From contig JBGLNR010000001.1 of the NCBI GenBank assembly GCA_041320515.1, positions 742,201-806,200 of the forward strand: DNA of 64,000 bases. Reading direction: 5' to 3'. Positions 36,235 through 45,380 of this stretch are shown here, piece by piece (position 1 is the stretch's first letter; the number at the start of each line of letters is the position of its first letter). The notes under the pieces were generated by a model, which made no database searches, was not told the DNA's origin, and worked only from the letters and a program-made list of their open reading frames with translations. The stretch is from Planctomycetota bacterium. GTDB lineage: Bacteria > Planctomycetota > PUPC01 > DSUN01. The translations under genes were made by a program, and so were the position numbers.

Positions 36235-39162
36235 CTACACCTGCCACATCTCCCGCTCGAAGTCGGGAGTTGGAATGTCGAATGCCAGGTTGCCCCTGGT
36301 CGGGGCGCGCTCCACCAGCGTGTCGCCGTCGAGCAGGCGCACGTGGAAGCGCGCCGTCTCGCCGGGGCGGAAGCCCAGCTCCTCGAAGGGGCAGGCCACC
36401 TCGGCCAGGTCGGCGGTCCGCATGTCGGCGTCAACCCGCCAGACCGCCTCTGGGTTCTCAAAGCGGAACGTATCCCTGATGCGGCCCAGAACCCAAGAAC
36501 GCAGATCGCTGAAGAACACCGTCGCGTCGTGGCCCCCGGCAATCCAGAGCCGCCGTGCAAGCTCTGCCATCAGGTCCGACTTCAAGTCGGGGAAGAGGAC
36601 GTGCTTCCCTGTATCTCGTTCGAGCCAGTCGTGCAGCACTCCCTCGTAGATGTCGGCGGCCTTGACCCGCTCGCCGCTGTTGGCCCTACGCTCCAGGTGG
36701 TCCAGGTGGGACGCGATCATGGCGAGGAGGACGGGCCGCTTCCCAAGGTCTACAAGATCGTGGATGCGCCCCATGAACTCGAATGCCTCATCGGCCTCAT
36801 GCCCAAGAACCTTGCGGAGATAGGCGCGGATGCGTGCTTCGTCGAAAGGTTGGAGATAGGCTATGGAGAAGTCGCCCGCCTCGAAGCCCTCGCGGGTGCG
36901 AACGCCTCCGCCACCGCCCTGGAGTTTCTCCAGCTCGTTGGCGCGATCGAGGAAGTAGTGGGTACGACACGTAACCAGGACCTTTCCCTGAGAGTCGGCC
37001 GGCGCGGCAGACCGAATCTGGCGCATCAACTCCGTCGCCTGCGCGTCGGTGAGGTGAACTGAATGTTCGTCGAAGCCGTCGAAGATCAGCACCACGTGGC
37101 CTCGCCGAACCGCGGCTAAGACACCACCCGAAGGTAACTCGCCGAATCCTGCCTCCTTCAACAGGTGGTCAAGCATCTCCTCGAGCCTGGGAACCCGCTC
37201 TTCCCTCCACACGGGGAGGTTCCGCATGTCGAGATAGAGTGGCACGGGCAAGCTCCGCTCGCCTCGCTCCCGAAGTTCGAGCAGCATCGCGCTCCACATG
37301 CGGCTGAGAAAGGACTTGCCGACCCCGTAGTCGCCCAAGATTGCGCAGAAGCGGACATCCGGCATCCGCACCCAGTCGAGAAGGTACAGGCGCCCTTCCT
37401 CCGCCGAACTGACCTCCGACCCTTTGAGCGGCGTGACCTGTGGCGACACGTAGTGGTCTGGCTGGTAGAGCCTCTCGCGTCTATCGTGAAGGACTCGTTC
37501 GCTGACTTGCCCTGCCCTGGCCCAGGCGTCGAGGTGCGATCGGAGCCCCACTGGGGTCACCTGCTCCCACCCCAAGGTGCCCAGTCGGTTCTTGACCACG
37601 AGTAGATCCAGGTCGCGAACCTTCTCGCCCGCCATGGGCGAGCCCTTGCCCTGCTCGTCGAAGATGCCCACCACCAGATCCTTGTCCCTTCCGAAGCACT
37701 TCCCGGGGATGCTGATAAGGAAGACGCGGCCTCGGTTCTCTGAGCGGATGCGGGGCCTGTGCTCTGTGGGGACGAAATCGCGCACGATGCGGCTAGCCTC
37801 GGCTAGCACCGGGCTGGCGAGGATGTGGCCGCCCCGCAGGCCGAAACTCCGCAGGTCCGCCGTCCAACCGTCCCATGGGCTACCTGGGGTCAGGATGTGT
37901 CCCTGGCCCAGAAGCGTCCCATGCTGCTCTGCTGTCCAGTGGCGCCGCAGGAAGTGGAGGTAGCTCTCGCTCTCGACCCCCTCGACCAGCAGCGGCTTGC
38001 CGGCCAGGCTGTACGACGCGATGTCGCGGACGACCGCTTCTGCATCCTTCTCCCGGTACTTCATGAGTTCCTGGAAGAGCGCGAAGTCCACCTTGGACAG
38101 CTCGGCGTGGGCGGAGAGTTCGTATCGTACCTCGCGCTGTAGTTCGTTGACATCGTCGAAGCAGAGGCGGAGGCCAAAACCCTCAACAAGCTGCTTGATC
38201 AGTGGTACGTGCCCTTTGGCCGTGGATTCGCTGATCTCGAAGAGGACGTTCGTCTGCCACTTGTCGCGGTACGTGTCGAGGAAGCGCTCGAGGACATCGC
38301 TCTCCAACAGCGGAGGATCGAGGTTGATGGTGAAGAGCAACTGCTGGGGACTCGCGTTCGGGGCGAGGCGGGTCTCGGAGCGGAGGGTGCTGGCGGATTC
38401 AAAGGCTGCCAGGGTGATGAGGAAGCGAAGGAGAGCAGGGCTAACCTTGCCCTCGAAGCGCTTCTCGATCTCGCCGAATGCCTGGCCATTCATCCCGAGG
38501 GCGAGGCACTCGAAGCCGAGGACCATGGGCACGGGGGTCTGGGGGACGATCTGGACGATCGGCTCGAGCTTCGTGCAGAGGTTGCTGAGGAAAGTGCGGT
38601 CCTCGGGGGCGAGCGCCGTCCACTCGTCAGGCGCGAAGCGCTCCGCGAAGCGGGTGAGTGTGTCGGGGAAGCGAACGGCCGGCAGGCCGATGGTGACTTC
38701 CTGAGCAACGTACTCCGCGGACGGGGTGCCGGGGAACTCCCTGCGATGCTCGCGCTCGATGACCTCCGTTGCCTTGCGCGCTTCCTCGTCTTCCGCTCGC
38801 CTCGCGAGTTCCTCAGGTGTGAGGACCTCCTCGAACCAAACCCGTTTCTGCGCGGCAGGGCTGTTGTCCTGGGGATTGCACATGACGAGGCGGAGCCCCT
38901 GAGCCTCGAAGTGCTCGTTGAGGCGTTTCTTGAAGCCGCGGTAGTTGCTCTGAGCCTTCGACTCCTCGTCCTCGGGCCATACGGCGGCCAGAACGCTCTC
39001 CATCGGCACGTCGCAGCGCCGCGCGAAGAGAGTTCGAAGAACCTCCGCCTTCGGCGCATCGTGCCGCCCGAGAACGCCCTTCCCGAGCAGAGCGCCGAGC
39101 CCGTCCCGGATGCGGCCCGCATCTTCCAGCCTCACGCTCACCTGTTCCGTTCCTTCCGCCAT
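36235..39162 (-). CDS. wHTH - EAL-domain - NACHT (STAND) NTPase fusion protein, 975 aa; extreme C-terminus possibly of foreign (GH57-like) origin
   Basis: - N-terminal OmpR-like wHTH (SVLAAVWPEDEE...YRGFKKRLNEHF).
- EAL fold with all usual catalytic positions, about nt 37870-38550: GFECLAL, TINLD, FEISES, CFDDV, SKVD, VEGVESE, GQGH.
- NACHT Walker A GDYGVGKS (about 37312-37335), Walker B VVLIFDGFDE (about 37065-37092), VLVTCRTHYF. Confidence 0.8.
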   Translation of the reverse strand: MAEGTEQVSVRLEDAGRIRDGLGALLGKGVLGRHDAPKAEVLRTLFARRCDVPMESVLAAVWPEDEESKAQSNYRGFKKRLNEHFEAQGLRLVMCNPQDNSPAAQKRVWFEEVLTPEELARRAEDEEARKATEVIEREHRREFPGTPSAEYVAQEVTIGLPAVRFPDTLTRFAERFAPDEWTALAPEDRTFLSNLCTKLEPIVQIVPQTPVPMVLGFECLALGMNGQAFGEIEKRFEGKVSPALLRFLITLAAFESASTLRSETRLAPNASPQQLLFTINLDPPLLESDVLERFLDTYRDKWQTNVLFEISESTAKGHVPLIKQLVEGFGLRLCFDDVNELQREVRYELSAHAELSKVDFALFQELMKYREKDAEAVVRDIASYSLAGKPLLVEGVESESYLHFLRRHWTAEQHGTLLGQGHILTPGSPWDGWTADLRSFGLRGGHILASPVLAEASRIVRDFVPTEHRPRIRSENRGRVFLISIPGKCFGRDKDLVVGIFDEQGKGSPMAGEKVRDLDLLVVKNRLGTLGWEQVTPVGLRSHLDAWARAGQVSERVLHDRRERLYQPDHYVSPQVTPLKGSEVSSAEEGRLYLLDWVRMPDVRFCAILGDYGVGKSFLSRMWSAMLLELRERGERSLPVPLYLDMRNLPVWREERVPRLEEMLDHLLKEAGFGELPSGGVLAAVRRGHVVLIFDGFDEHSVHLTDAQATELMRQIRSAAPADSQGKVLVTCRTHYFLDRANELEKLQGGGGGVRTREGFEAGDFSIAYLQPFDEARIRAYLRKVLGHEADEAFEFMGRIHDLVDLGKRPVLLAMIASHLDHLERRANSGERVKAADIYEGVLHDWLERDTGKHVLFPDLKSDLMAELARRLWIAGGHDATVFFSDLRSWVLGRIRDTFRFENPEAVWRVDADMRTADLAEVACPFEELGFRPGETARFHVRLLDGDTLVERAPTRGNLAFDIPTPDFEREMWQV

Positions 39163-39216
39163 CTCGGTCCCCCTGTCCGAACATTCTCGGCTGTCTGACT
39201 GGCTGTCGCGCTCGCT

Positions 39217-39456
39217 TCAGTTGTTCTCCCACAGCGCGGCGCCGAGGCGCCTGAGCGCCGCCTCAATGTGGGCCAGGGCGGCTCGGGTGACCGGGGTCTG
39301 TGGGGCGCTGCTGAGAAAGCCGCAGGCTGCCCTGAGTTCCTCGACAGCCGAGCGCTTCTTCGTCGCGTCCTTGGTCATCATCTTCAGCAGGTCGCCGGCG
39401 AAGCACTCCCCGCGCTTGAGTTCGCACCAGGCGTTCGGCCTTTCGACTGTCAGCAT
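39217..39456 (-). CDS. small hypothetical protein (79 aa) immediately upstream of the EAL-NACHT gene
   Basis: ATG at 39456 preceded by AGGAGA. Ends 54 nt before the NACHT start. No recognisable motif; probably all-helical. Confidence 0.4.
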   Translation of the reverse strand: MLTVERPNAWCELKRGECFAGDLLKMMTKDATKKRSAVEELRAACGFLSSAPQTPVTRAALAHIEAALRRLGAALWENN

Positions 39457-39916
39457 CGTGCCTCTCCTGACCCTTGGGTGCCACCGTGGACGACGCAGGG
39501 CTCGCACACAACGCGCGTAGCTCGCGTTGACTGCGTTACAACATAATATCACAGACGCAGGGTTTGTCAAGTGGTCTTGCGGCGGTAATTTCGCGCCCGT
39601 TGAGAGTTCTGGGGCCACGATCCGCAAACACCCGTCGCGGCGCTTGGGTGCTGCGCAGAATGGGGGGCACATCCTCAAGTGTCAGTTACGAATGTCCCGC
39701 CTCACCTTGCGGACGGCCCGCGCAGATTCGCCAGGGAACGCGTTCGGCCAGAGCGACGGCTTGCACTCTTGTTGGCGCGGCGGCAGTAGGGGCCGCCGCG
39801 ATCATCGTGACCTACAATGCGGCGCATTGCAGGGACTCCGATGTCCCTCGCTACGGTTGGGCGGCGATGACGCCGCAGGAGTTTGTGTCTCGCTATCCCA
39901 TCGAGGAGGCATAGTG

Positions 39917-40186
39917 ATGGCTACTCTGTCGCTGCGCGTGCGGGATGGCCTGAAGCGCAAGGTGGCGGCACTGGCCGAGCGCGAGGGGGTGTCGCTGAAC
40001 AACTACATCAACGCGACGCTGGCCGCAACGGTCGCTCAGGAGGAGACGCTGGCGTTCTTCGACGAGCGGCTGCGCGGGATGGACCTTCCCGCCGTTCACC
40101 GCCGCGTGATGGGCTTCATGGACAAGGCGCGGCCCGGCAAGGAACCGGCAGTCGAAGAGGTCGAGAGAGCCATCCGAGGGAGGTAG
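39917..40186 (+). CDS. RHH (CopG/HicB-C-terminal-like) antitoxin-type DNA-binding protein, orphan
   Basis: ATG at 39917 after GAGGAGG. MATLSLRVRDGLKRKVAALAEREGVSLNNYINATLA is a typical ribbon-helix-helix N-terminus. Confidence 0.7.
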   Translation: MATLSLRVRDGLKRKVAALAEREGVSLNNYINATLAATVAQEETLAFFDERLRGMDLPAVHRRVMGFMDKARPGKEPAVEEVERAIRGR

Positions 40187-40283
40187 GCAGCGCCCCAGCC
40201 CTCTCGGTGGGAAGGGGAGGTTGGGTTGGCTTAAGTTGCAAAGTTGCGGCCTGACCCCAGGGCCGGCAAAGGAGGTCGACTCT

Positions 40284-40455
40284 GGCGAGTCTGGGCGAGA
40301 CTGAGCCGGAATGGGGAGAATCGCCAATCCGCGTGTCGGCAAGGCGGCGAGTCTGGGCGAGACTGGGCAGGAAGGCCGAGAATCGCCAATCCTGGGCGCC
40401 GGAAATCGAGAAAGCCGCGCGAATCTGAGCCGGAAGGCCGAGGATGGCCAAATGG
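40284..40455. repeat. ~61-bp tandem repeat, about 2.6 copies
   Basis: GGCGAGTCTGGGCGAGACTG(A/G)GC...GAGAATCGCCAATCC occurs at 40284 and 40345, with a degenerate third copy. CCGGGAAGGTTGGGGA is also repeated at about 40513 and 40607. Confidence 0.85.
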
Positions 40456-40781
40456 CAGGATGCGTGGGCCGATGTCTGGCCCGTTGGCCAGAGAAGGGTC
40501 CGCCCGCGAGAGCCGGGAAGGTTGGGGAGGTTGGGAGGGTTGCAGCATGTTGTGGTTCAACCAGCCAGCGCACACAAGAGCTTGTGGAAAGGTGGCAGGG
40601 GCTAGAACCGGGAAGGTTGGGGAGCTTGGAGCCGTTGGCAAGTGCTGTCGGCGCGTCTGCCGGGCACACGAACTGCAAAATCCCTTTGACTTCCCCCGGG
40701 CGCGGCGCTATAAGTAGAGGAATGCCGGCAGGGGACGGCGAATCGAGTGCGACGGCAACCCGACTGGAAAGGCGTCTCGAT

Positions 40782-43700
40782 ATGAGGAGCCGAAGGCTCG
40801 TCTGGTGCGTCGCGGCGGCGGTTGTCGCGGCGCTGGCCGTCGCGGCGTCCGCGTGGGGGCTGGCGGGCGCGGCACGTCCCGCCGAACAATGCCTGGTCCA
40901 CGGCCAAGTGGCAGGCGCCGATGGCGCGCCCGTGGCCGGCGTGACCGTGCGGTTCTCCACGGGCTTGCCGCCACAGGTGACGGACAAGGATGGCCGCTAC
41001 GAGGTGCTTGCGCCCAGCGATGGCGAGCCGTGCGTCGTGACGCCAGCCAAGGCGGGCTGCGACTTCGTGCCCGCCGAGCGGCGCGTGTGGCTCTCGGGCG
41101 ACGCGGCCGAGGCGAGCTTCCAGGCACAGCCCCAGCGCAGCGCGAAGATGGACGACGCGCCCGTGCCAAACCCCCTGGCGGCGATGGCCGTCACCTACTT
41201 CGTTATCAATGACGACGCGGAGTACACGACGACCCGCACCGTGACGCTGAACAATGTGTGCGACGGGGCGCCCACCCACTACCAGGCGAGCGAGCTGCCC
41301 GGCTTCACCGGCGCCACCTGGCTCCCCTACTCCGCCGCCCCCACGTTCGACCTTTCCGCCGGCAACGACGCCAAGACCGTCTACTTCCGCGTTGGCGACG
41401 CCGGCGGCATCTCCAGCGGAGCGTCCGACTCCATCATCCTCAACGAGCCGGTCGTGGTCGTGCTGACGGTGAACGGCCCGGTGAAGACGGGCTGGGCCTG
41501 GCCCGCGGCCGAGGAGGACTGGTATGCCTTCACCGCGGCCGCCACCGCCGAGCACACGATCGAGACCTGGGCCGGCACCCTCGACGACAACGAGATGGCG
41601 CTCTATGCCGCCGACCAGACGACGCTGCTCGAGGAAGACCACGACTCGGGCGAGGGGACGTGCGCCAAGATCGTCCGCACCCTCGACCCCGGCGCCTACT
41701 TCGTCCGCGTCCGCGCCCATCTCGCCGGCGCCACGGGCACCTACACCATCCGCGTCACCACGGGCGACACGACGGTGGCCATCCTCGACCCCCACGGCGA
41801 TCCGACGGCGACCACGCAGCTCGACGTGGGGAACGCCGAGGTCGTCTTCTCGACGAGCACCCCGGGCACGCTCGAGATCATCTGCCGCTTCGCCGTCAAG
41901 CCGGGCGCCGTCGCCGGCATCACGGACAAGGTTCGGGCCTGCATCGAGCCGGTCGGCGCCGCCGCCCTCCAGTGGCTCACGCCCAGCGACACGAGCGCCA
42001 CCTGGGCCGACTCCCCGGCCGGCCGCCCCGCCACCGCCCACACCACGATGGGCAAGGCCACCTACGACCCCATCGCCGACCGCTACGAGGTCAAGGCAGT
42101 CTTCACCGGCCTGCCGACCGACAACAGCGGCTTCGGCCCGAAGACGCTCTGGGCGCAAGTCGTGGACGGCGCGGCCGTCGTCGCCGAGGCCGAGCAGCCC
42201 CTCGAAGTCTTCTTCCCCAAGCTCGGCGCCAACAATTCAGGCACGGGCGTCAACCAGGGACCCAACTGGTTCTACTACTGGAAGACCGGCAACGTCTGCG
42301 GCGCCACCACGGGCTGGGAATACGCGGTCAGCCCCGACTTCGGCTTCTACGTCCCCGGCGAGAACCACGTCAACCTCTGCGACGCCGCCCCCACCGTGAA
42401 CACCGGCCCCGAGCACTACGAGAACGACCTCGGCGACGGCATCGAGATCGCCGGCCAGGGCATCGGCCCCCACTGCGCATCCGAAACCATCGCCCACGAA
42501 GAACTCCACAAGTGGATCTTCGAAACCTGGGCGCCTCTCATCGCCGCCGACGAGGCCGACGGCGAGACCGACGGCGACGACTACGACGACCCCGACGACG
42601 ATGGCGTGCCCAACATCCACGAGGACGGCTTCCTCGCCCTAACCACCGACACGAACGACCCCGACACCTATAACATGGGCGGCACCTACGCCACCTACGG
42701 CGACCAGGAAATCCGCTGCCGCAAGACCGAACTCGACACCGGCCTCACCGTCACCGACGCCGACGACTGGGCCTACCCCGGCACCAACTCCTGTCCCCCA
42801 TACCCCCTGGTCGAGGCCCAGCTCCCCGACCCCGAGGAAGGGGAGCCAGACGAGGACCTGGACCACCTGGGCAACCCCGGCGACGACACCATCGTCCACG
42901 AGGGCACAGGGGTCCCCAACACCCAGGACGCCTACGGCGGCGCCGGCAACGACAGCATCCGCCAGAACGGCCGGGGCGGCGCCGACACCCAGACCGCCTA
43001 CGGCGGCAGCGGCGACGACACCATCATCCAAACCGGCGGCCGCGGCGACGACACCCAGCTCGCCAACGGCGGCAGCGGAAACGACCTCATCACCCAGCAC
43101 GCCGCACGCGGCAACGACACTAGCCAGGCCAACGGCGGCACCGGCGACGACACCATCATCCAGCGCGGCCGCCGCGGCAGCGACACCGTGGCCGCCGACG
43201 GCGGCGACGGCGACGACACCATCCGCCAGGATGGCAGGCGCGGCGCCGACTCCTTGCTCGCCACAGGCGGCGGCGGCAACGACCTGATCTTCCAGGGCGC
43301 CGGCCGTGGCAACGACTCCCTCACCGCCTCCGGCGGCGACGGCGACGACCAGATCACCCAGATCGGCAACAGCGGCAACGACTCGCTCACCTACGACCTC
43401 AGCCCCGGCAACGACCAGGCCTCCCTCATCGGCGGCAGCGGCCGTGACACCCTCACCATCCACTCCAACAGCCAGAGCTTCACCCTCCTCGACACCCGCG
43501 GCAACATCCTCTACCAGCAGGGCACAGGCGGCTCCACCATCGTCGTCCTGGGGATCGAGGACCTCACCGTCATCGGCGACGACGGCATCACCCCCGTCTA
43601 CACCGCATCCAAGCAGAACGTCCGCCTCCCCCTCGCCAACCCAACGAGAGGGACCCCGAGGGCCTACGTCGGCCCCACGCGCCTGCACGCCCTCCGCGGC

Positions 43701-43949
43701 GCCCACACCCATCCCACGCCGCACGCCCGAACCGACGCGGCAGACGACACCCCACCCGATGCCCAGGGCCAGACCCCCCTCCACGTCGCCGCCCGCGCCG
43801 GGGACCTCGCCACCACCACACGCCTCCTCGAACTTGGCGCCGACCCCAACGCCAAGGACAAGGACGGCACGACCCCGCTCCGCCTCACCATCGAAGCCGG
43901 CCACACCCAGATAGCCGACCTTCTGCGGCAGCGCGGCGCGAGACAGTGA
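40782..43949 (+). CDS. large secreted multidomain protein: CarboxypepD_reg-like, PPC-like, HExxH metalloprotease-like, 7 x 22-aa GG.G.D repeats, C-terminal ankyrin repeats
   Basis: - ATG at 40782 with leader MRSRRLVWCVAAAVVAALAVAASA.
- VHGQVAGADGAPVAGVTVRF; EEDWYAFTAAATAEHTIE...YTIRV; IAHEELHKW.
- Asp-rich DGDDYDDPDDDGVPN.
- Repeats A(Y/N)GG(S/A)G(N/D)D.I.Q.G.RG.DT...
- Ankyrin TPLHVAARAGDL...GADPNAKDKDGTTPL. Confidence 0.75.
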   Translation: MRSRRLVWCVAAAVVAALAVAASAWGLAGAARPAEQCLVHGQVAGADGAPVAGVTVRFSTGLPPQVTDKDGRYEVLAPSDGEPCVVTPAKAGCDFVPAERRVWLSGDAAEASFQAQPQRSAKMDDAPVPNPLAAMAVTYFVINDDAEYTTTRTVTLNNVCDGAPTHYQASELPGFTGATWLPYSAAPTFDLSAGNDAKTVYFRVGDAGGISSGASDSIILNEPVVVVLTVNGPVKTGWAWPAAEEDWYAFTAAATAEHTIETWAGTLDDNEMALYAADQTTLLEEDHDSGEGTCAKIVRTLDPGAYFVRVRAHLAGATGTYTIRVTTGDTTVAILDPHGDPTATTQLDVGNAEVVFSTSTPGTLEIICRFAVKPGAVAGITDKVRACIEPVGAAALQWLTPSDTSATWADSPAGRPATAHTTMGKATYDPIADRYEVKAVFTGLPTDNSGFGPKTLWAQVVDGAAVVAEAEQPLEVFFPKLGANNSGTGVNQGPNWFYYWKTGNVCGATTGWEYAVSPDFGFYVPGENHVNLCDAAPTVNTGPEHYENDLGDGIEIAGQGIGPHCASETIAHEELHKWIFETWAPLIAADEADGETDGDDYDDPDDDGVPNIHEDGFLALTTDTNDPDTYNMGGTYATYGDQEIRCRKTELDTGLTVTDADDWAYPGTNSCPPYPLVEAQLPDPEEGEPDEDLDHLGNPGDDTIVHEGTGVPNTQDAYGGAGNDSIRQNGRGGADTQTAYGGSGDDTIIQTGGRGDDTQLANGGSGNDLITQHAARGNDTSQANGGTGDDTIIQRGRRGSDTVAADGGDGDDTIRQDGRRGADSLLATGGGGNDLIFQGAGRGNDSLTASGGDGDDQITQIGNSGNDSLTYDLSPGNDQASLIGGSGRDTLTIHSNSQSFTLLDTRGNILYQQGTGGSTIVVLGIEDLTVIGDDGITPVYTASKQNVRLPLANPTRGTPRAYVGPTRLHALRGAHTHPTPHARTDAADDTPPDAQGQTPLHVAARAGDLATTTRLLELGADPNAKDKDGTTPLRLTIEAGHTQIADLLRQRGARQ

Positions 43950-43970
43950 GCTGCTTCCGCGTCCACCCCC

Positions 43971-44000
43971 TTGCAAGTCCCCCTGCCGATCCCGTATAAT
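43971..44000 (+). promoter_or_regulatory. sigma70-like promoter for the tRNA (TTGCAA - 18 nt - TATAAT)
   Basis: TTGCAA at 43971-43976 and TATAAT at 43995-44000. The tRNA 5' end is 17 nt downstream. Confidence 0.5.
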
Positions 44001-44016
44001 CCCAGGGAAGGCACAA

Positions 44017-44093
44017 GGGCCCTTAGCTCAGTTGGTCAGAGCAGGGGACTCATAATCCCCCGGCCGTCCGTTCGAATCGGACAGGGCCCACCA
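44017..44093 (+). tRNA. tRNA-Met (anticodon CAT; could be tRNA-Ile2 if lysidine-modified), encoded CCA
   Basis: Manual cloverleaf: acceptor GGGCCCT/AGGGCCC, D arm GCTC-AGTTGGTCA-GAGC, anticodon arm GGGGA-CTCATAA-TCCCC, T arm GTCCG-TTCGAAT-CGGAC, then ACCA. Confidence 0.95.
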
Positions 44094-45376
44094 GAATCAT
44101 ACCCGCGCGGATCACCTATTCTCGCCACCATACGCAATCCAGTTCCCGATTCGTCAACTTCGGCTTCTGCCCCATCATCAGCCTGTGGCAAGCCGTAGCA
44201 AACCACGTCTTGACCCGAATCTACTGTACCCCGCACTGTACTGGTCGGGGCCTCCAACGCGGGAACCATCCCCAGCGCCGTCGCTTTGTCCTGCAAGGCC
44301 ACGTGGGAGTAGACGCCCAACGTCAGCTTCGGGTCGCTGTGGCGCGCGAGTTCCTGGCACAGCTTCACGTTGATACCGCTGCGCACGAGGCGGGATACGA
44401 AGGTGTGTCTCAGGCTATGGAAGTCCGCCACGCCCGCCGGCACTTCGACCTCGACCCCTGCCGCCTTCAGGTCCGCATGGGCCGCCTCAAGGTCCGCTTT
44501 CAGCAGGTCCGCCGTCCGCGCCAGCTTCCCGAACACGGGGACGCCAGCCGCCTTGCCCACGAGCCACGGCCCCAGCACGTCGGCCAGGCCACGAGGCAGG
44601 GGTTGAACGTCGCGCCGCCGCCGCTTGGAGTAGCCGGCCTCGACTGTCACCGTGGGCGGGTCGGCGGCCAGGGCGAAGCTCTCGGGCGTCAAGCTGGCAA
44701 GCTCCCCCGCCCTCAGGCCCGTGCCCACGGCCACGGCATACAGCATCGCCCGGTCGGGGCCGTCCATGCCCAGCGCGGGGCCGCTCTCATAGGTCACGCG
44801 AAGCAGGGCCGATAGCTCTGTGTCGCTCAGGGCCCGCCGCACGAGGCGCCGATCTTCCTCGACGTTGTAGCCCTTCAGGGCCACGAGGGAATGACTGCGC
44901 GTCCGCCCCTCCCGCCAGAGCCACGCGGCGAAGTGCTTGATCGACGTCAGGTGCGCGTTCGCCGTCCGATGGGACACCTTGCCCTCTGCGATCATCGTTC
45001 CCACGGCGCGTTGCACGGGCGACGGCGCCAGGTCGCTCAGGCGGGCCGCCCCCGTGGCCGCCACGAGGCGTTGCAGATGGGTCTCAGTGCGGGCGACGTG
45101 CTTGACCGTGCCCCCGCTCGCCCGCAGGGTTGCCAGGAAGTCCTTGACGTGCTGGGCCAGGGGCTTCGCTTCCTCGGCGGCCAGGCGCTCCACCACAGGA
45201 TCAAACCTCCCCTTCCGCCGAAGCATCGCGTCACCCTCTAACTGGTTTGCCAACTCTTGGGCCTTCTTCAGGTCGCGGCCGGCGTAGACGGTCTTCCGCA
45301 GGCCGGGGCGTTCGGAGTACTCCACGAAGTACCCGCCCTTGCCCTTCCGCCCCCCTCGCTTGAAGATGCTCGCCAC
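44036..45376 (-). CDS. int: tyrosine site-specific integrase; 3' end of the ORF overlaps the tRNA
   Basis: GTG start at 45376 after AAGGAG (VASIFKRGG...). Catalytic-domain motifs AVGTGLRAGEL, HSLRHTFVS and LGVYSHV. The ORF runs 58 nt into the tRNA 3' half. Confidence 0.9.
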   Translation of the reverse strand: MASIFKRGGRKGKGGYFVEYSERPGLRKTVYAGRDLKKAQELANQLEGDAMLRRKGRFDPVVERLAAEEAKPLAQHVKDFLATLRASGGTVKHVARTETHLQRLVAATGAARLSDLAPSPVQRAVGTMIAEGKVSHRTANAHLTSIKHFAAWLWREGRTRSHSLVALKGYNVEEDRRLVRRALSDTELSALLRVTYESGPALGMDGPDRAMLYAVAVGTGLRAGELASLTPESFALAADPPTVTVEAGYSKRRRRDVQPLPRGLADVLGPWLVGKAAGVPVFGKLARTADLLKADLEAAHADLKAAGVEVEVPAGVADFHSLRHTFVSRLVRSGINVKLCQELARHSDPKLTLGVYSHVALQDKATALGMVPALEAPTSTVRGTVDSGQDVVCYGLPQADDGAEAEVDESGTGLRMVARIGDPRGYDSGGPCPIRTDGRGIMSPLL

Positions 45377-45380
45377 TGGT

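Noticed and set aside
42900-43440. Considered a classical RTX toxin with type I secretion.
   Set aside because: The repeats are a regular 22-aa unit rather than the canonical GGxGxDxUx nonapeptide tandem. The protein has an N-terminal signal-like leader, and no T1SS genes are nearby.
44017-44093. Considered initiator tRNA-fMet.
   Set aside because: The acceptor 1:72 pair is G-C (bacterial initiators have a C:A mismatch). The anticodon stem ends in an A-T pair rather than three consecutive G-C pairs. The elongator Met or Ile2 type is more likely.
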